Assembly (NCBI GenBank): GCA_025454815.1 | Contig: JALONR010000007.1 | Span: 70,010 to 134,009, forward strand | Source: Bacteroidales bacterium | Lineage (GTDB): Bacteria; Bacteroidota; Bacteroidia; Bacteroidales; VadinHA17 | DNA: 64,000 nt | Direction: 5' to 3' | Shown: in pieces, positions 1 through 8,522 of the stretch | Layout: every line of letters starts with the position of its first letter | How positions within the stretch are numbered: the first letter of the stretch is position 1 | The notes under the pieces: generated by a model | What the model saw: the letters and a program-made list of their open reading frames with translations, nothing else | Database searches by the model: none | Told to the model about the DNA's origin: nothing | Position numbers and translations under genes: made by a program

Positions 1-978
1 ATGCCCGATATCCTGTTGCTTGACAATAAGCTTCCCGGCATTCAGGGTGTTGAGGTGCTTGAATATGTAAGGAAGAAAAACTATGACATTGTCGTGGCAA
101 TGATCACATCCTATGCATCAATTGATGTCGCCGTCAAGGCGCACAATGACGGCGCCATTGACTTCATCCCCAAGCCCTTCACCCCACAGGAGCTTAAAGC
201 TTCCGTAGAACAGATAACAAAGCAGCAATACCTTCGCAGGATAACGCATAAGCTCAAGGTGGAGGGAAGGAAAGTCAGATTCCAGTTTCTTTCGGTGCTG
301 TCGCACGAACTGAAGGCTCCCCTCAATGCCATTGAGGGTTACCTCAGGATGATGCAGGAGAGGCAGATGGGCGATTCACTTGATGAGTATTCATCGGCAA
401 TAGAGAGATCTCTGCAGAGAATTGAGAGCATGAGGAACCTGATAATGGATCTTCTTGATTTCACCAAGGTGAACTTTGAGCGTCAGATGGAAAAGATGCA
501 GAATGTGAACCTGAGGGAACTGGTTTCAATGGCTGTCGGAACCGTCAGTCCATACGCCATTCACAAGGACATTCATTTCGTTACCGAGGTCGGCGGATGT
601 GAGACAATCTGGGCTGACCCGAACGACTTCGAGATAATTCTCAATAACCTCGTCTCCAATGCCGTCAAGTACAACAAACCGGGCGGTACTGTCAGCGTAA
701 AGGTTGACTGCAATGAGAATGAGTTCACCGTCTCCGTGGCTGACACCGGGATAGGGATGAATGGTGACGAACGTGACATGCTCTTCGAGGAGTTCTCCAG
801 GATCCGCAATGACAAGACCCGCAATATCAGCGGCAGCGGGCTGGGACTCTCGATAGTGAAAAAGGTTGTTGATCTCTACCATGGCGTGATCAATGTGGAG
901 AGCACCCCCGACAGGGGATCAGTCTTCACGGTGATCATCCCCAGGTCCCAGGTATCCAATATAAAGACAGGAATATGA
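1..978 (+). CDS. Hybrid sensor histidine kinase (receiver + HisKA + HATPase_c), 5'-truncated by the window edge
   Basis: The ORF is open to base 1. It has a receiver-like segment 'DILLLDNKLPG...FIPKPF', an H-box 'LSVLSHELKAPLNAI' and ATPase boxes 'LVSNAVKYN', 'DTGIGM', 'GSGLGLSIV'. Its stop overlaps the next start (ATGA at 975-978). Confidence 0.85.
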   Translation: MPDILLLDNKLPGIQGVEVLEYVRKKNYDIVVAMITSYASIDVAVKAHNDGAIDFIPKPFTPQELKASVEQITKQQYLRRITHKLKVEGRKVRFQFLSVLSHELKAPLNAIEGYLRMMQERQMGDSLDEYSSAIERSLQRIESMRNLIMDLLDFTKVNFERQMEKMQNVNLRELVSMAVGTVSPYAIHKDIHFVTEVGGCETIWADPNDFEIILNNLVSNAVKYNKPGGTVSVKVDCNENEFTVSVADTGIGMNGDERDMLFEEFSRIRNDKTRNISGSGLGLSIVKKVVDLYHGVINVESTPDRGSVFTVIIPRSQVSNIKTGI

Positions 979-1516
979 AAACACTACCCGGAAAAACAGT
1001 TGAACGCCTCAGCCAGTACAGAAGGGCACTTATCGCTACCCTGGCGGCTAACCGAAATTATGTTTTCTCTCATGAGCTTGCAGCGATGCTTCATATTACA
1101 GCCGTCCAGGTCAGGCGTGACCTCATGCTCATAGGATACGGAAGCGTTATGCGAAAAGGATATGATGTAAGGGAACTTATCAAGACCATTGGCTCCATCA
1201 TTGACGCTCCCAACGGACTCAACGTGGCTATCATCGGGATGGGTAACCTCGGCAGAGCCATAACCGGCTACTTCATGGGCAGGCGTACCAATATGAACGT
1301 TGTTGCAGCATTTGATGTTGATCCTCAGAAGGGGCTGACCAGGCCGTGTCCACTTCATCAATGCTTGTAAGCAACGGAATAAAAGGGATCATGAACTTCA
1401 CCACAGTGCCACTGAATGTGCCTGACAATGTTTACCTCGAAGAGTTTGACATGATCACCTCCATTGAGAAGGTAGCCTACTTTGTCAAGGAAAACAAGCA
1501 GCCGGCAGGAAAATGA
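975..1516 (+). pseudogene. rex: Rex-family redox-sensing transcriptional repressor, disrupted by an internal deletion/frameshift
   Basis: The N-terminal frame (975-1370) encodes 'ERLSQYRRAL...GYGSVMRKGYDV...VAIIGMGNLGRAI...AAFDVDPQK' and then stops after 12 unrelated codons. A different frame (1322-1516) encodes the Rex C-terminus 'ADQAVSTSSMLVSNGIKGIMNFTTVPLNVPDNVYLEEFDMITSIEKVAYFV'. About 30 residues of the Rossmann core between the two parts are absent. Confidence 0.75.
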
Positions 1517-2424
1517 GGATCTTCAGGAGCTTTCAGGAAGCCTCGGTTATCAATGCACCTGTAGTTACGACCGGTACCTTTGACGGGGTGCACATCGGGC
1601 ACCGGGTCATAATCAACAGGTTAAAGAAGCTGGCCTCGGAACATGGAGGTGAGAGTGTGCTCATAACCTTCCACCCGCATCCCAGGGTGGTGCTTTACCC
1701 CGAAACCGCCGGGAAAGGGCTGAAGCTTATCTGCTCCCAGGAGGAGAAGATTGAACTCCTCCGGAAGGCCGGGCTTGACAATGTTATTATCATTGAGTTT
1801 ACCCGCGATTTCGCCCGGATTACAAGCGAGGAGTTTGTCCGTGATATCCTCTGCGGCATCCTGGGAGCCAGGGTGATAGTTGTCGGCCATAACCACCATT
1901 TCGGGTTTAACCAGCAGGGAGACTACCGGACACTGTGGGAGTGGCGGGAGAAATACGGTTTCGAAGCCGAAGAGATACCAATGCAGGAGGTGCAGAACGA
2001 AACCGTAAGCTCAACGCGTATCAGGCAGGCACTGACGGAAGGATACATCCAGCGGGCTAATGCATACCTCGACCATTTTTATCTTGTCATTGGTAATGCC
2101 CGGAAGGAGGATCCGGGAATTACACCTCAGGTACCAATGATAAGGATCCCTGTGACTGACTTTGCCAAACTCGTTCCCGCTTCCGGACTCTACGCCGTCT
2201 CATGTGCTGCTGAGACATTTTTTTCCAGGGGTATGGTTTATATCCCTGAAACCGGTGAGCCGCTGCCGGACATCTTTCTCCATCTTGAGAAATATGAGAG
2301 CGATATCCCCGGTAAAAGGATGACTCTCTTCTTTCATAAACGACTGGAGGCCAGCCATCTGATTGCCGATCCGGCAAAGGCCCTGATTGCCGGGAGCCGG
2401 GAGATGGAAGAGCTTATCTTCTGA
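1513..2424 (+). CDS. ribF: Bifunctional riboflavin kinase / FAD synthetase
   Basis: 303 aa. It has the nucleotidyltransferase motif 'GTFDGVHIGHRVII' and the C-terminal riboflavin-kinase segment 'ETVSSTRIRQAL'. Its ATG overlaps the stop of the rex C-terminal frame (ATGA at 1513-1516). Confidence 0.9.
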   Translation: MRIFRSFQEASVINAPVVTTGTFDGVHIGHRVIINRLKKLASEHGGESVLITFHPHPRVVLYPETAGKGLKLICSQEEKIELLRKAGLDNVIIIEFTRDFARITSEEFVRDILCGILGARVIVVGHNHHFGFNQQGDYRTLWEWREKYGFEAEEIPMQEVQNETVSSTRIRQALTEGYIQRANAYLDHFYLVIGNARKEDPGITPQVPMIRIPVTDFAKLVPASGLYAVSCAAETFFSRGMVYIPETGEPLPDIFLHLEKYESDIPGKRMTLFFHKRLEASHLIADPAKALIAGSREMEELIF

Positions 2425-2454
2425 GCATATTGAACATGCAGCCCCCTTTTTTCG

Positions 2455-2462
2455 TATCTTTG
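2455..2462 (+). promoter_or_regulatory. Candidate Bacteroidota -7 promoter box (TAnnTTTG) for hydG
   Basis: TATCTTTG is an exact match to the TAnnTTTG consensus, 43 nt upstream of the hydG ATG. No clear -33 TTTG was seen. Confidence 0.4.
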
Positions 2463-2504
2463 TATGTTAATTTCTGAGGGGGACAGAAACAAAAAATCAA
2501 TCAG

Positions 2505-3926
2505 ATGAAATTCAATCCTGAAAAATGCAATATACCTGACCGTCGTATGGAGCCGTTCATTGACCCGGCTGAACTATGGTCACATCTCAATGATAACAGG
2601 GCTGACAAAGTGAGGGTCAGGGAGCTGATTGCAAAGTCACTCTCCAAGGAGCGCCTTACTCTGGCAGAGACTGCTGTGCTCATCAACGCCGAAGGCGACC
2701 TGGTGGAGGAGATCAAGGCTGGTGCACGCGAACTGAAGAAAAAAGTCTACGGGAACAGGATAGTTCTCTTTGCACCGCTCTATATCGGCAACAAGTGCAC
2801 CAACAACTGCCAGTACTGCGGCTTCAGGGTCACCAATAAGGAAGCAAAGCGTAAGACTCTTACCGATGCCGAGATAACTGCTGAGGTTGAAGCTCTCGAG
2901 GATAACGGTCAGAAAAGGCTGATCCTTGTTTACGGAGAGCATCCTGAATATGGACCTGATTTTATAGCCCACACCGTGAAGCTCGTCTATGGCATCAAGA
3001 AAGGCCGGGGTGAGATACGCAGGGTGAACATCAATGCAGCCCCACTTGACATTGACGGTTTCCGGACTGTCGGAAGGGCGGGTATAGGCACATACCAGGT
3101 ATTCCAGGAGACCTATGACCCGGAAGCATATAAATGGTATCATCTTGGAGGGAAGAAGAAAGACTACGAATGGCGCCTCACCGCCCTCGACAGGGCTCAG
3201 GAGGCTGGCATTGACGATGTCGGGATAGGAGCACTGTTCGGGCTGTATGACTGGCGGTTCGAGGTGATGGGACTGGTCCGGCATACCAACCACCTGGAAG
3301 CCTGTTATAACGTGGGGCCGCATACCATCTCCTTCCCGAGGATAAAGGATGCCTCGGCGCTGAACCTTAATGGCAATTATTATGTAAATGATAACGACTT
3401 CAAGAAACTGATAGCCATCCTGAGGCTGGCAGTGCCATATACCGGTCTTATACTCACCGCACGCGAGACACCTGAGGTACGCTCCGAGGCCATGGCATTC
3501 GGGGTTTCCCAGATAGACGGCGGTACAAAACTTGAACTGGGAGGATACTCGGCATCGAAGAATGAACAACAGAATCTTAACCGCGAGCAGTTCAAGATCA
3601 ATGACGAGAGATCACTTGCCGATGTCATTGACGAGCTTATAGAAAATGACTATATACCTTCTTTCTGCACGGCTTGCTACCGCCTTGGACGGACCGGCGA
3701 ACACTTCATGGAGTTCTCGGTACCCGGATTCATCAAGCGATATTGTACCCCCAACGCCATCCTTACCCTTTCCGAGTATATCGTTGATTACGCTTCGCCG
3801 GAACTGGCAGAGAAGGGATGGAAAGCCATTGAAAAGAACATGGCTGACCTTGACGAAGGGATGAAGCAGAGCATAAGGAAGAAGATTGAACGGATCAGGA
3901 ACGGGGAGAGGGACCTTTACTACTAA
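2505..3926 (+). CDS. hydG: [FeFe]-hydrogenase maturase HydG (radical SAM tyrosine lyase)
   Basis: 473 aa with the radical-SAM motif 'CTNNCQYC'. The C-terminal CX2CX22C motif 'CTACYRLGRTGEHFMEFSVPGFIKRYC' distinguishes HydG from the shorter ThiH. Confidence 0.85.
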   Translation: MKFNPEKCNIPDRRMEPFIDPAELWSHLNDNRADKVRVRELIAKSLSKERLTLAETAVLINAEGDLVEEIKAGARELKKKVYGNRIVLFAPLYIGNKCTNNCQYCGFRVTNKEAKRKTLTDAEITAEVEALEDNGQKRLILVYGEHPEYGPDFIAHTVKLVYGIKKGRGEIRRVNINAAPLDIDGFRTVGRAGIGTYQVFQETYDPEAYKWYHLGGKKKDYEWRLTALDRAQEAGIDDVGIGALFGLYDWRFEVMGLVRHTNHLEACYNVGPHTISFPRIKDASALNLNGNYYVNDNDFKKLIAILRLAVPYTGLILTARETPEVRSEAMAFGVSQIDGGTKLELGGYSASKNEQQNLNREQFKINDERSLADVIDELIENDYIPSFCTACYRLGRTGEHFMEFSVPGFIKRYCTPNAILTLSEYIVDYASPELAEKGWKAIEKNMADLDEGMKQSIRKKIERIRNGERDLYY

Positions 3927-3937
3927 TATCAAATATC

Positions 3938-4462
3938 ATGGTCAGAGTATTAGGCATTAAGATCACTGACAGGATCAAGGAGGCCGGGCTGGTTCAGAAG
4001 GCACTTTCGCAGCATGGCTCCGTTGTCAGTACCAGGCTCGGTTTTCATGAACTGAATGACGAGCTGTGCAGCCGAGAGGGTTTTATGGTCATTCACCTGG
4101 CCGGTCAGGCTGACGACTGTGAGGAACTGGTTGCAAAGCTCAGGAATATAGAAGGGCTTTTCGTGAAGGAGATGATATTTTCGCACGGGCTCTCAGATGC
4201 ATCAACGGATTGTGAGGGTACCACCGTGCTGGGAATAATGGTACCCAGACGCGAGGAACTTGGCCCTGCAGTACAGGCACTGCTGACCACCTACGGATGC
4301 GTTATCCGCACAAGACTTGGGGTCAATGAAGTATATTTTGGCGAACCGGCCGGCCTGATTATCCTTGAGCTTGCAGGCGACAGGAGTCAGTATGCTTCTC
4401 TCGAGCGTTCACTACGTGAGATCGAGGAGATAGCTATTGGCCGTATCTGCTTTCCTGCCTGA
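3938..4462 (+). CDS. Tandem-duplicated TM1266-like (putative iron-only hydrogenase system regulator, ACT/NikR-C-like) protein
   Basis: 174 aa made of two roughly 80-aa halves that align with each other: 'VRVLGIKITDRIKEAGLVQKALSQHGSVVSTRLGFHE...' and 'TTVLGIMVPRREELGPAVQALLTTYGCVIRTRLGVNE...'. It starts 12 nt after hydG, the usual genomic context of single-domain TM1266-family proteins. Confidence 0.6.
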   Translation: MVRVLGIKITDRIKEAGLVQKALSQHGSVVSTRLGFHELNDELCSREGFMVIHLAGQADDCEELVAKLRNIEGLFVKEMIFSHGLSDASTDCEGTTVLGIMVPRREELGPAVQALLTTYGCVIRTRLGVNEVYFGEPAGLIILELAGDRSQYASLERSLREIEEIAIGRICFPA

Positions 4463-4510
4463 GAGCCTGGCCGGAATAAATGACACCTATTCCCTTCCCT
4501 GATTGGTCTT

Positions 4511-7087
4511 CTAATATCCGTACCTGCCTTCCTGCCTCAACAGCTGGCCGAAGAATACCGCATTCATAAACAGTTTCGAGGTGCCGTACCAGATGGCCCT
4601 GAAGTTGGTATCGTCATATATTGATATTACCCTTACCGGACCCTGATGTACGGTGACAGCAGCGCTGCCTGCAATCCTCTGAAGATTCTCCTTTGAACAG
4701 TACCCGCTAAGCAGCGGATCAGCCGTGTATTTTACGGGGGTATTGTAACTGCTGCCAGTTACCTTTACTGCTGAAGCGTCAGTTTTGAATACCGGCAGGT
4801 AAGGCTGGGAGTACCCGTAACACAGGGGGTGTGTGATATCAATCGCTGTCCGGAAAATGGTTCCCGGTACCGTCTGTATTGCCCTGTCAACCGATCTTGA
4901 TGCGTAATTTCGTTCCTTCGCCTGATCGGTTGCCGCGCTTTCAATATAGCTGATTTCAGCAAACCCGTTTGACGCCAGCCACCGGTTCCCTCCCCTGTAG
5001 CCTATCAGTGTACCGCCGGAACGCGCCCAGTCACGGATACGCTCTGTTGCCGCGGAAGGCACTGAGGGATTTCCGGCAATGATTATCACATTGTATTTTC
5101 CCAGGTTTGCCGATCCAATGCGTGACGGCGAAACCAGGGTAACCGGCATGTCGTATCTTACATCCAGCAGGTGCCAGATCTCACCGGCATCATCAGCCGG
5201 GGTCCCCTCATCAATCACAAGCATCACCGATGGCCTTGAGAGTACGGTGAACCCGCCGCTGCCCAGGTCAATACCCGCGGGAGTGAGCCCGGTAGAGACG
5301 CCATAAATGGTTATGCCGCAATCTGCCGCCACCCCTTGAAGAATACTTGTGATGTCTCCGTCAGCTATGGGATTTTCACCTTTTTGCACCATAATGGTTC
5401 CATACCCGAAGGATTTCTTCTTCCCGTCGCTCATCACGGCAGTGAAGGGTGCAGTGGCCACACGTGCAGTGAGGCCTTTACCCTGAAGCATGTAAAGCGC
5501 CTTCGGGGCATAGGTGTCGCTCCACTCGAAGAGCCATGCGTAGTCTTTTTCAATGCCGATGACAGTACCGGCAGGGAATGGGGGCGTCGTCATCCGCTCC
5601 CCGGTCATTCCGGCAGTTTCCGTGCTTCCAAGGGAAGTATAGTTGAGGTTGAAAGCCATCGGCATTACCCATGTGGAGATATCATAGAAGACAGTGTCGG
5701 AGAATGTCTTCACCGTTTCAAACAATGCCCTGACAAAGCGGTATTCCTTCTGCCTTATGGGAACAAACCAGCTGTCACCGGGATTGTAGGTGACTCCGTT
5801 TTTGGTAATCTGGCGGCCGCATTCGTAGACCTCTATCTTATGCCTGAGAAGATTCTCGATGAACCTGGCACATCCCCCGCGGTCAGCACCTGCACTGAAC
5901 AGGTAGCCTTTTACCGGGGAAGCATCAGCCTCCCTGAGAGCAGAGAGGTAGAAGTCCCTCTGCATATCCAGCAGTCTGACCCTCATGTTCATCCCTGCCT
6001 CGATTGTGGAGAGGGAAACGTTGAACTGGTTCCTTATAGCAAAGGGGAAGGAGAGCAATCCGCCCGGCACCTCCCGGAGGTGACCCTTGGTTCCTGCCTG
6101 CTCAAAGAGGATGCCTACAGAACCGTGAGCATCAGGGTATGAAGAGCCTTTCCCCAGGTAGTAGTCGTCAAAGCTTTCTTCAGTGTAGTAAAGGCTGCCT
6201 ATGGAATCGAGATACTGTGCGTGGTAACTGCCTATCTCAGCCGTGAGAGCCTGGTTGTCAGGTGGAACCACGGGATTGTTGCGCGATTGTACGCCGGGCT
6301 GGAAGAAGAAAGTGGAGTTGGCACCCATCTCGTGGTGGTCGGTATTGATGTTTGGCATCCAGCGGTGGAAGGCCTCCACCCGACCCACGCTCTCCGGATG
6401 CTGAAGCATAAGGTAATCACGGTTCAGGTCAAACCAGTAGTGGTTGGTGCGTCCCCCTGGCCATGCTTCGTTAAATTCACGGCCTGAAGGGTCGGTGGCG
6501 AGAGTCATCCCCCGGTGCATGTTTACCCATGTTGAATGGCGCTGCAGTCCGTCAGGATTCAGTGACGGATCAACGAGGATGACACATTTGTCCAGTATCT
6601 CGTCAATCTGCGGGCTTTGGCCGGCAACGAGGTAATAGGCGGTAAGTATCGAGGCATTTTGTGCGCTTGACTCATTGCCGTGCACACCATAACCGAACTT
6701 GATTATCAATGGCATCCCTGCCGTGCTGAGGCCCCTTGAAACGGCCGGATCTGAAAGCTTGAGGTGCTCTGTCCTTATCTCCTCGAGGCGGGACATGTTC
6801 TTCTCCGAGGTGATGATCAGCTGTCCGAGTGGCCTTCCTTCCCAGCTTTTCCCGTAATCTTCCCACTGTGCCCTGCCGGAAAGGCCGTCAAGAAGCTTCA
6901 TGTAACCCACCAGCCTGTCATGGGTTATGTGCCATTCACCCACTTCATGACCGATGCTTCCCGGTGCCGGAATTCTCCTGTCAAAATTTATGCCTGCCGG
7001 CATATAGTATTCAGGCGTGGGCCGGGTCTGGCTGAAACTGGTCAGTGAAGCAAGTAGAATCACCGACGAAAGGAGTAGTTTATTCAT
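4511..7087 (-). CDS. Secreted M14-family zinc carboxypeptidase-like protein (large, multi-domain)
   Basis: The track ORF is 4511..7114 with a TTG start. The ATG at 7087 gives the signal peptide 'MNKLLLSSVILLASLTSFSQ'. M14 zinc-site context 'YGVHGNESSAQNA' is present. Confidence 0.8.
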   Translation of the reverse strand: MNKLLLSSVILLASLTSFSQTRPTPEYYMPAGINFDRRIPAPGSIGHEVGEWHITHDRLVGYMKLLDGLSGRAQWEDYGKSWEGRPLGQLIITSEKNMSRLEEIRTEHLKLSDPAVSRGLSTAGMPLIIKFGYGVHGNESSAQNASILTAYYLVAGQSPQIDEILDKCVILVDPSLNPDGLQRHSTWVNMHRGMTLATDPSGREFNEAWPGGRTNHYWFDLNRDYLMLQHPESVGRVEAFHRWMPNINTDHHEMGANSTFFFQPGVQSRNNPVVPPDNQALTAEIGSYHAQYLDSIGSLYYTEESFDDYYLGKGSSYPDAHGSVGILFEQAGTKGHLREVPGGLLSFPFAIRNQFNVSLSTIEAGMNMRVRLLDMQRDFYLSALREADASPVKGYLFSAGADRGGCARFIENLLRHKIEVYECGRQITKNGVTYNPGDSWFVPIRQKEYRFVRALFETVKTFSDTVFYDISTWVMPMAFNLNYTSLGSTETAGMTGERMTTPPFPAGTVIGIEKDYAWLFEWSDTYAPKALYMLQGKGLTARVATAPFTAVMSDGKKKSFGYGTIMVQKGENPIADGDITSILQGVAADCGITIYGVSTGLTPAGIDLGSGGFTVLSRPSVMLVIDEGTPADDAGEIWHLLDVRYDMPVTLVSPSRIGSANLGKYNVIIIAGNPSVPSAATERIRDWARSGGTLIGYRGGNRWLASNGFAEISYIESAATDQAKERNYASRSVDRAIQTVPGTIFRTAIDITHPLCYGYSQPYLPVFKTDASAVKVTGSSYNTPVKYTADPLLSGYCSKENLQRIAGSAAVTVHQGPVRVISIYDDTNFRAIWYGTSKLFMNAVFFGQLLRQEGRYGY

Positions 7088-7281
7088 CACATCAGGTTTG
7101 AGAAGAGTTAGCAATTTCGGAAAAAAGAGGATTGGTTGTTACAGCAGGAGCTTGTTCTGCAGCATAATCATTTTTCAGGCTCACCCAGACCCGGCAGAAT
7201 CATTCCCGGACCCTTGAACCGCAATGCCTGAAAAGTCTGGCAACAGTCTTAGCCACAGTTTTTTGTTGTCTCCCGGCATCT

Positions 7282-8370
7282 TCACCGGGCGTTGATACGG
7301 CGGCCAAAATGCGGTGTGTCACCCCATGTGCCCAGCCCGAGACTCATCCCGGGAATAAGGTCCAGGTTCAGGCCGCTGACATTTGACTCATTTATCTCGC
7401 GGTAGCCTGGCTTCCCTTCGTAGATCTGATATCCTGCCCTGTACCTGGCAGGGGTCAGGTTGGGCATCACCACGTTGGCGCCGCAGGATATAGCCTTCTC
7501 CCGGCCGGCAGGGTCTATAGTCTGCATCGCCGTGGAGGCAACAATGTTTATATCCTTCATGATGATCCTCAATATTGCTATCATCCTGAGTGTAAGATTA
7601 AACCGCTCCTTAAGGAAGAGGTTGTCAGTACCCCTTTCTCCCAGTGGTGTGTCAGTATGCTCTATGAATGGTCCCATGCCGCACATGTCGATGTCAAAGT
7701 CGCGCATGAAGATGATATCATCAGCCAGGTCTCCCATTGTCTGGAAAGGAAGTCCCACCATCACCCCGGTTCCTGTCTGGTAGCCGGTCTCCTGTATTAC
7801 CTTCAGGCACTCCAGCCTCCTGTGGTATCTGTGCATGTCATCATCAGGGTGAACCCTGCGGTAGAGGGCTTCGCTTGAGGCTTCTATCCTCAGGAGGTAA
7901 CGGTGGGCACCGGCATCAAACCATCTCTGGTAGGTCTCCCTGCTTTGCTCGCCGAGCGAGAGTGTTATGCCAAGCTTTCCGTCAGTCATCTCCCTAATGG
8001 TTCTGACCAGCTCTTCAATTGTGTCAACAAAAACTTTCGAGGAGTTCTCTCCGGACTGGATGGCAATAGATCCAAAGCTGAGGTTATAGGCTGTCATTGC
8101 CGCCTCCAGTACTTCCTCACGTGTCAGGGTATACCTGTCTATCCTGACATTGTCACGCCTGACACCGCAATAGAGGCAGTTCTTGCCGCAGATGTTTGAG
8201 TATTCAATGAGTCCGCGCAGGTATACATGGGTTCCCACATAGCGATCCCTGACAGATGCCGCCTTGCGGAAGAGAAGCGGAGCCTCCTCCTCGCGGCACT
8301 GCAGCAAGGCCATTATGTCTGACCTGTCATGATGCTTCTTGTCCAGAAGTTCGGGTATGCCTGAACCCAT
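7282..8370 (-). CDS. hydE: [FeFe]-hydrogenase maturase HydE (radical SAM)
   Basis: 362 aa with 'CGKNCLYCGVRRDN', 'GAHRYLLRIE' and 'GYQTGTGVMVGLPFQT...FDIDMCGMGPFI'. The pattern is collinear with characterised HydE. Confidence 0.8.
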   Translation of the reverse strand: MGSGIPELLDKKHHDRSDIMALLQCREEEAPLLFRKAASVRDRYVGTHVYLRGLIEYSNICGKNCLYCGVRRDNVRIDRYTLTREEVLEAAMTAYNLSFGSIAIQSGENSSKVFVDTIEELVRTIREMTDGKLGITLSLGEQSRETYQRWFDAGAHRYLLRIEASSEALYRRVHPDDDMHRYHRRLECLKVIQETGYQTGTGVMVGLPFQTMGDLADDIIFMRDFDIDMCGMGPFIEHTDTPLGERGTDNLFLKERFNLTLRMIAILRIIMKDINIVASTAMQTIDPAGREKAISCGANVVMPNLTPARYRAGYQIYEGKPGYREINESNVSGLNLDLIPGMSLGLGTWGDTPHFGRRINAR

Positions 8371-8400
8371 TGTTGGTGTGAATCGTTTAACGTTAACAAA

Positions 8401-8522
8401 CCGGATACTGATTAGTTCAGCGCGGGCATCAGTAATATCAGTCCCGTATCAATTAATTCAGCCCTGCAGCAAAAATATCAGCCTGGACATCAATAATACA
8501 GGTCCGGGCTTCAATCAGATCA
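8401..8522 (-). repeat. Degenerate ~40-nt tandem repeat (3 units), each unit starting with TGA; the first TGA is the stop codon of the C69 peptidase gene
   Basis: Minus-sense units are 8522-8481 (42 nt), 8480-8441 (40 nt) and 8440-8401 (40 nt). All begin 'TGAT' and share a '...GCTGAAyTAAT...' core. Hand alignment gives roughly two-thirds identity. Confidence 0.4.

Noticed and set aside
7185-7205. A shared 12-mer CCGGCAGAATCA between the hydE downstream spacer and the plsY 41-nt repeat (58633-58644)
   Set aside because: Many 12-mer coincidences are expected between two strands of a 64-kb sequence. There is no extended similarity around it.
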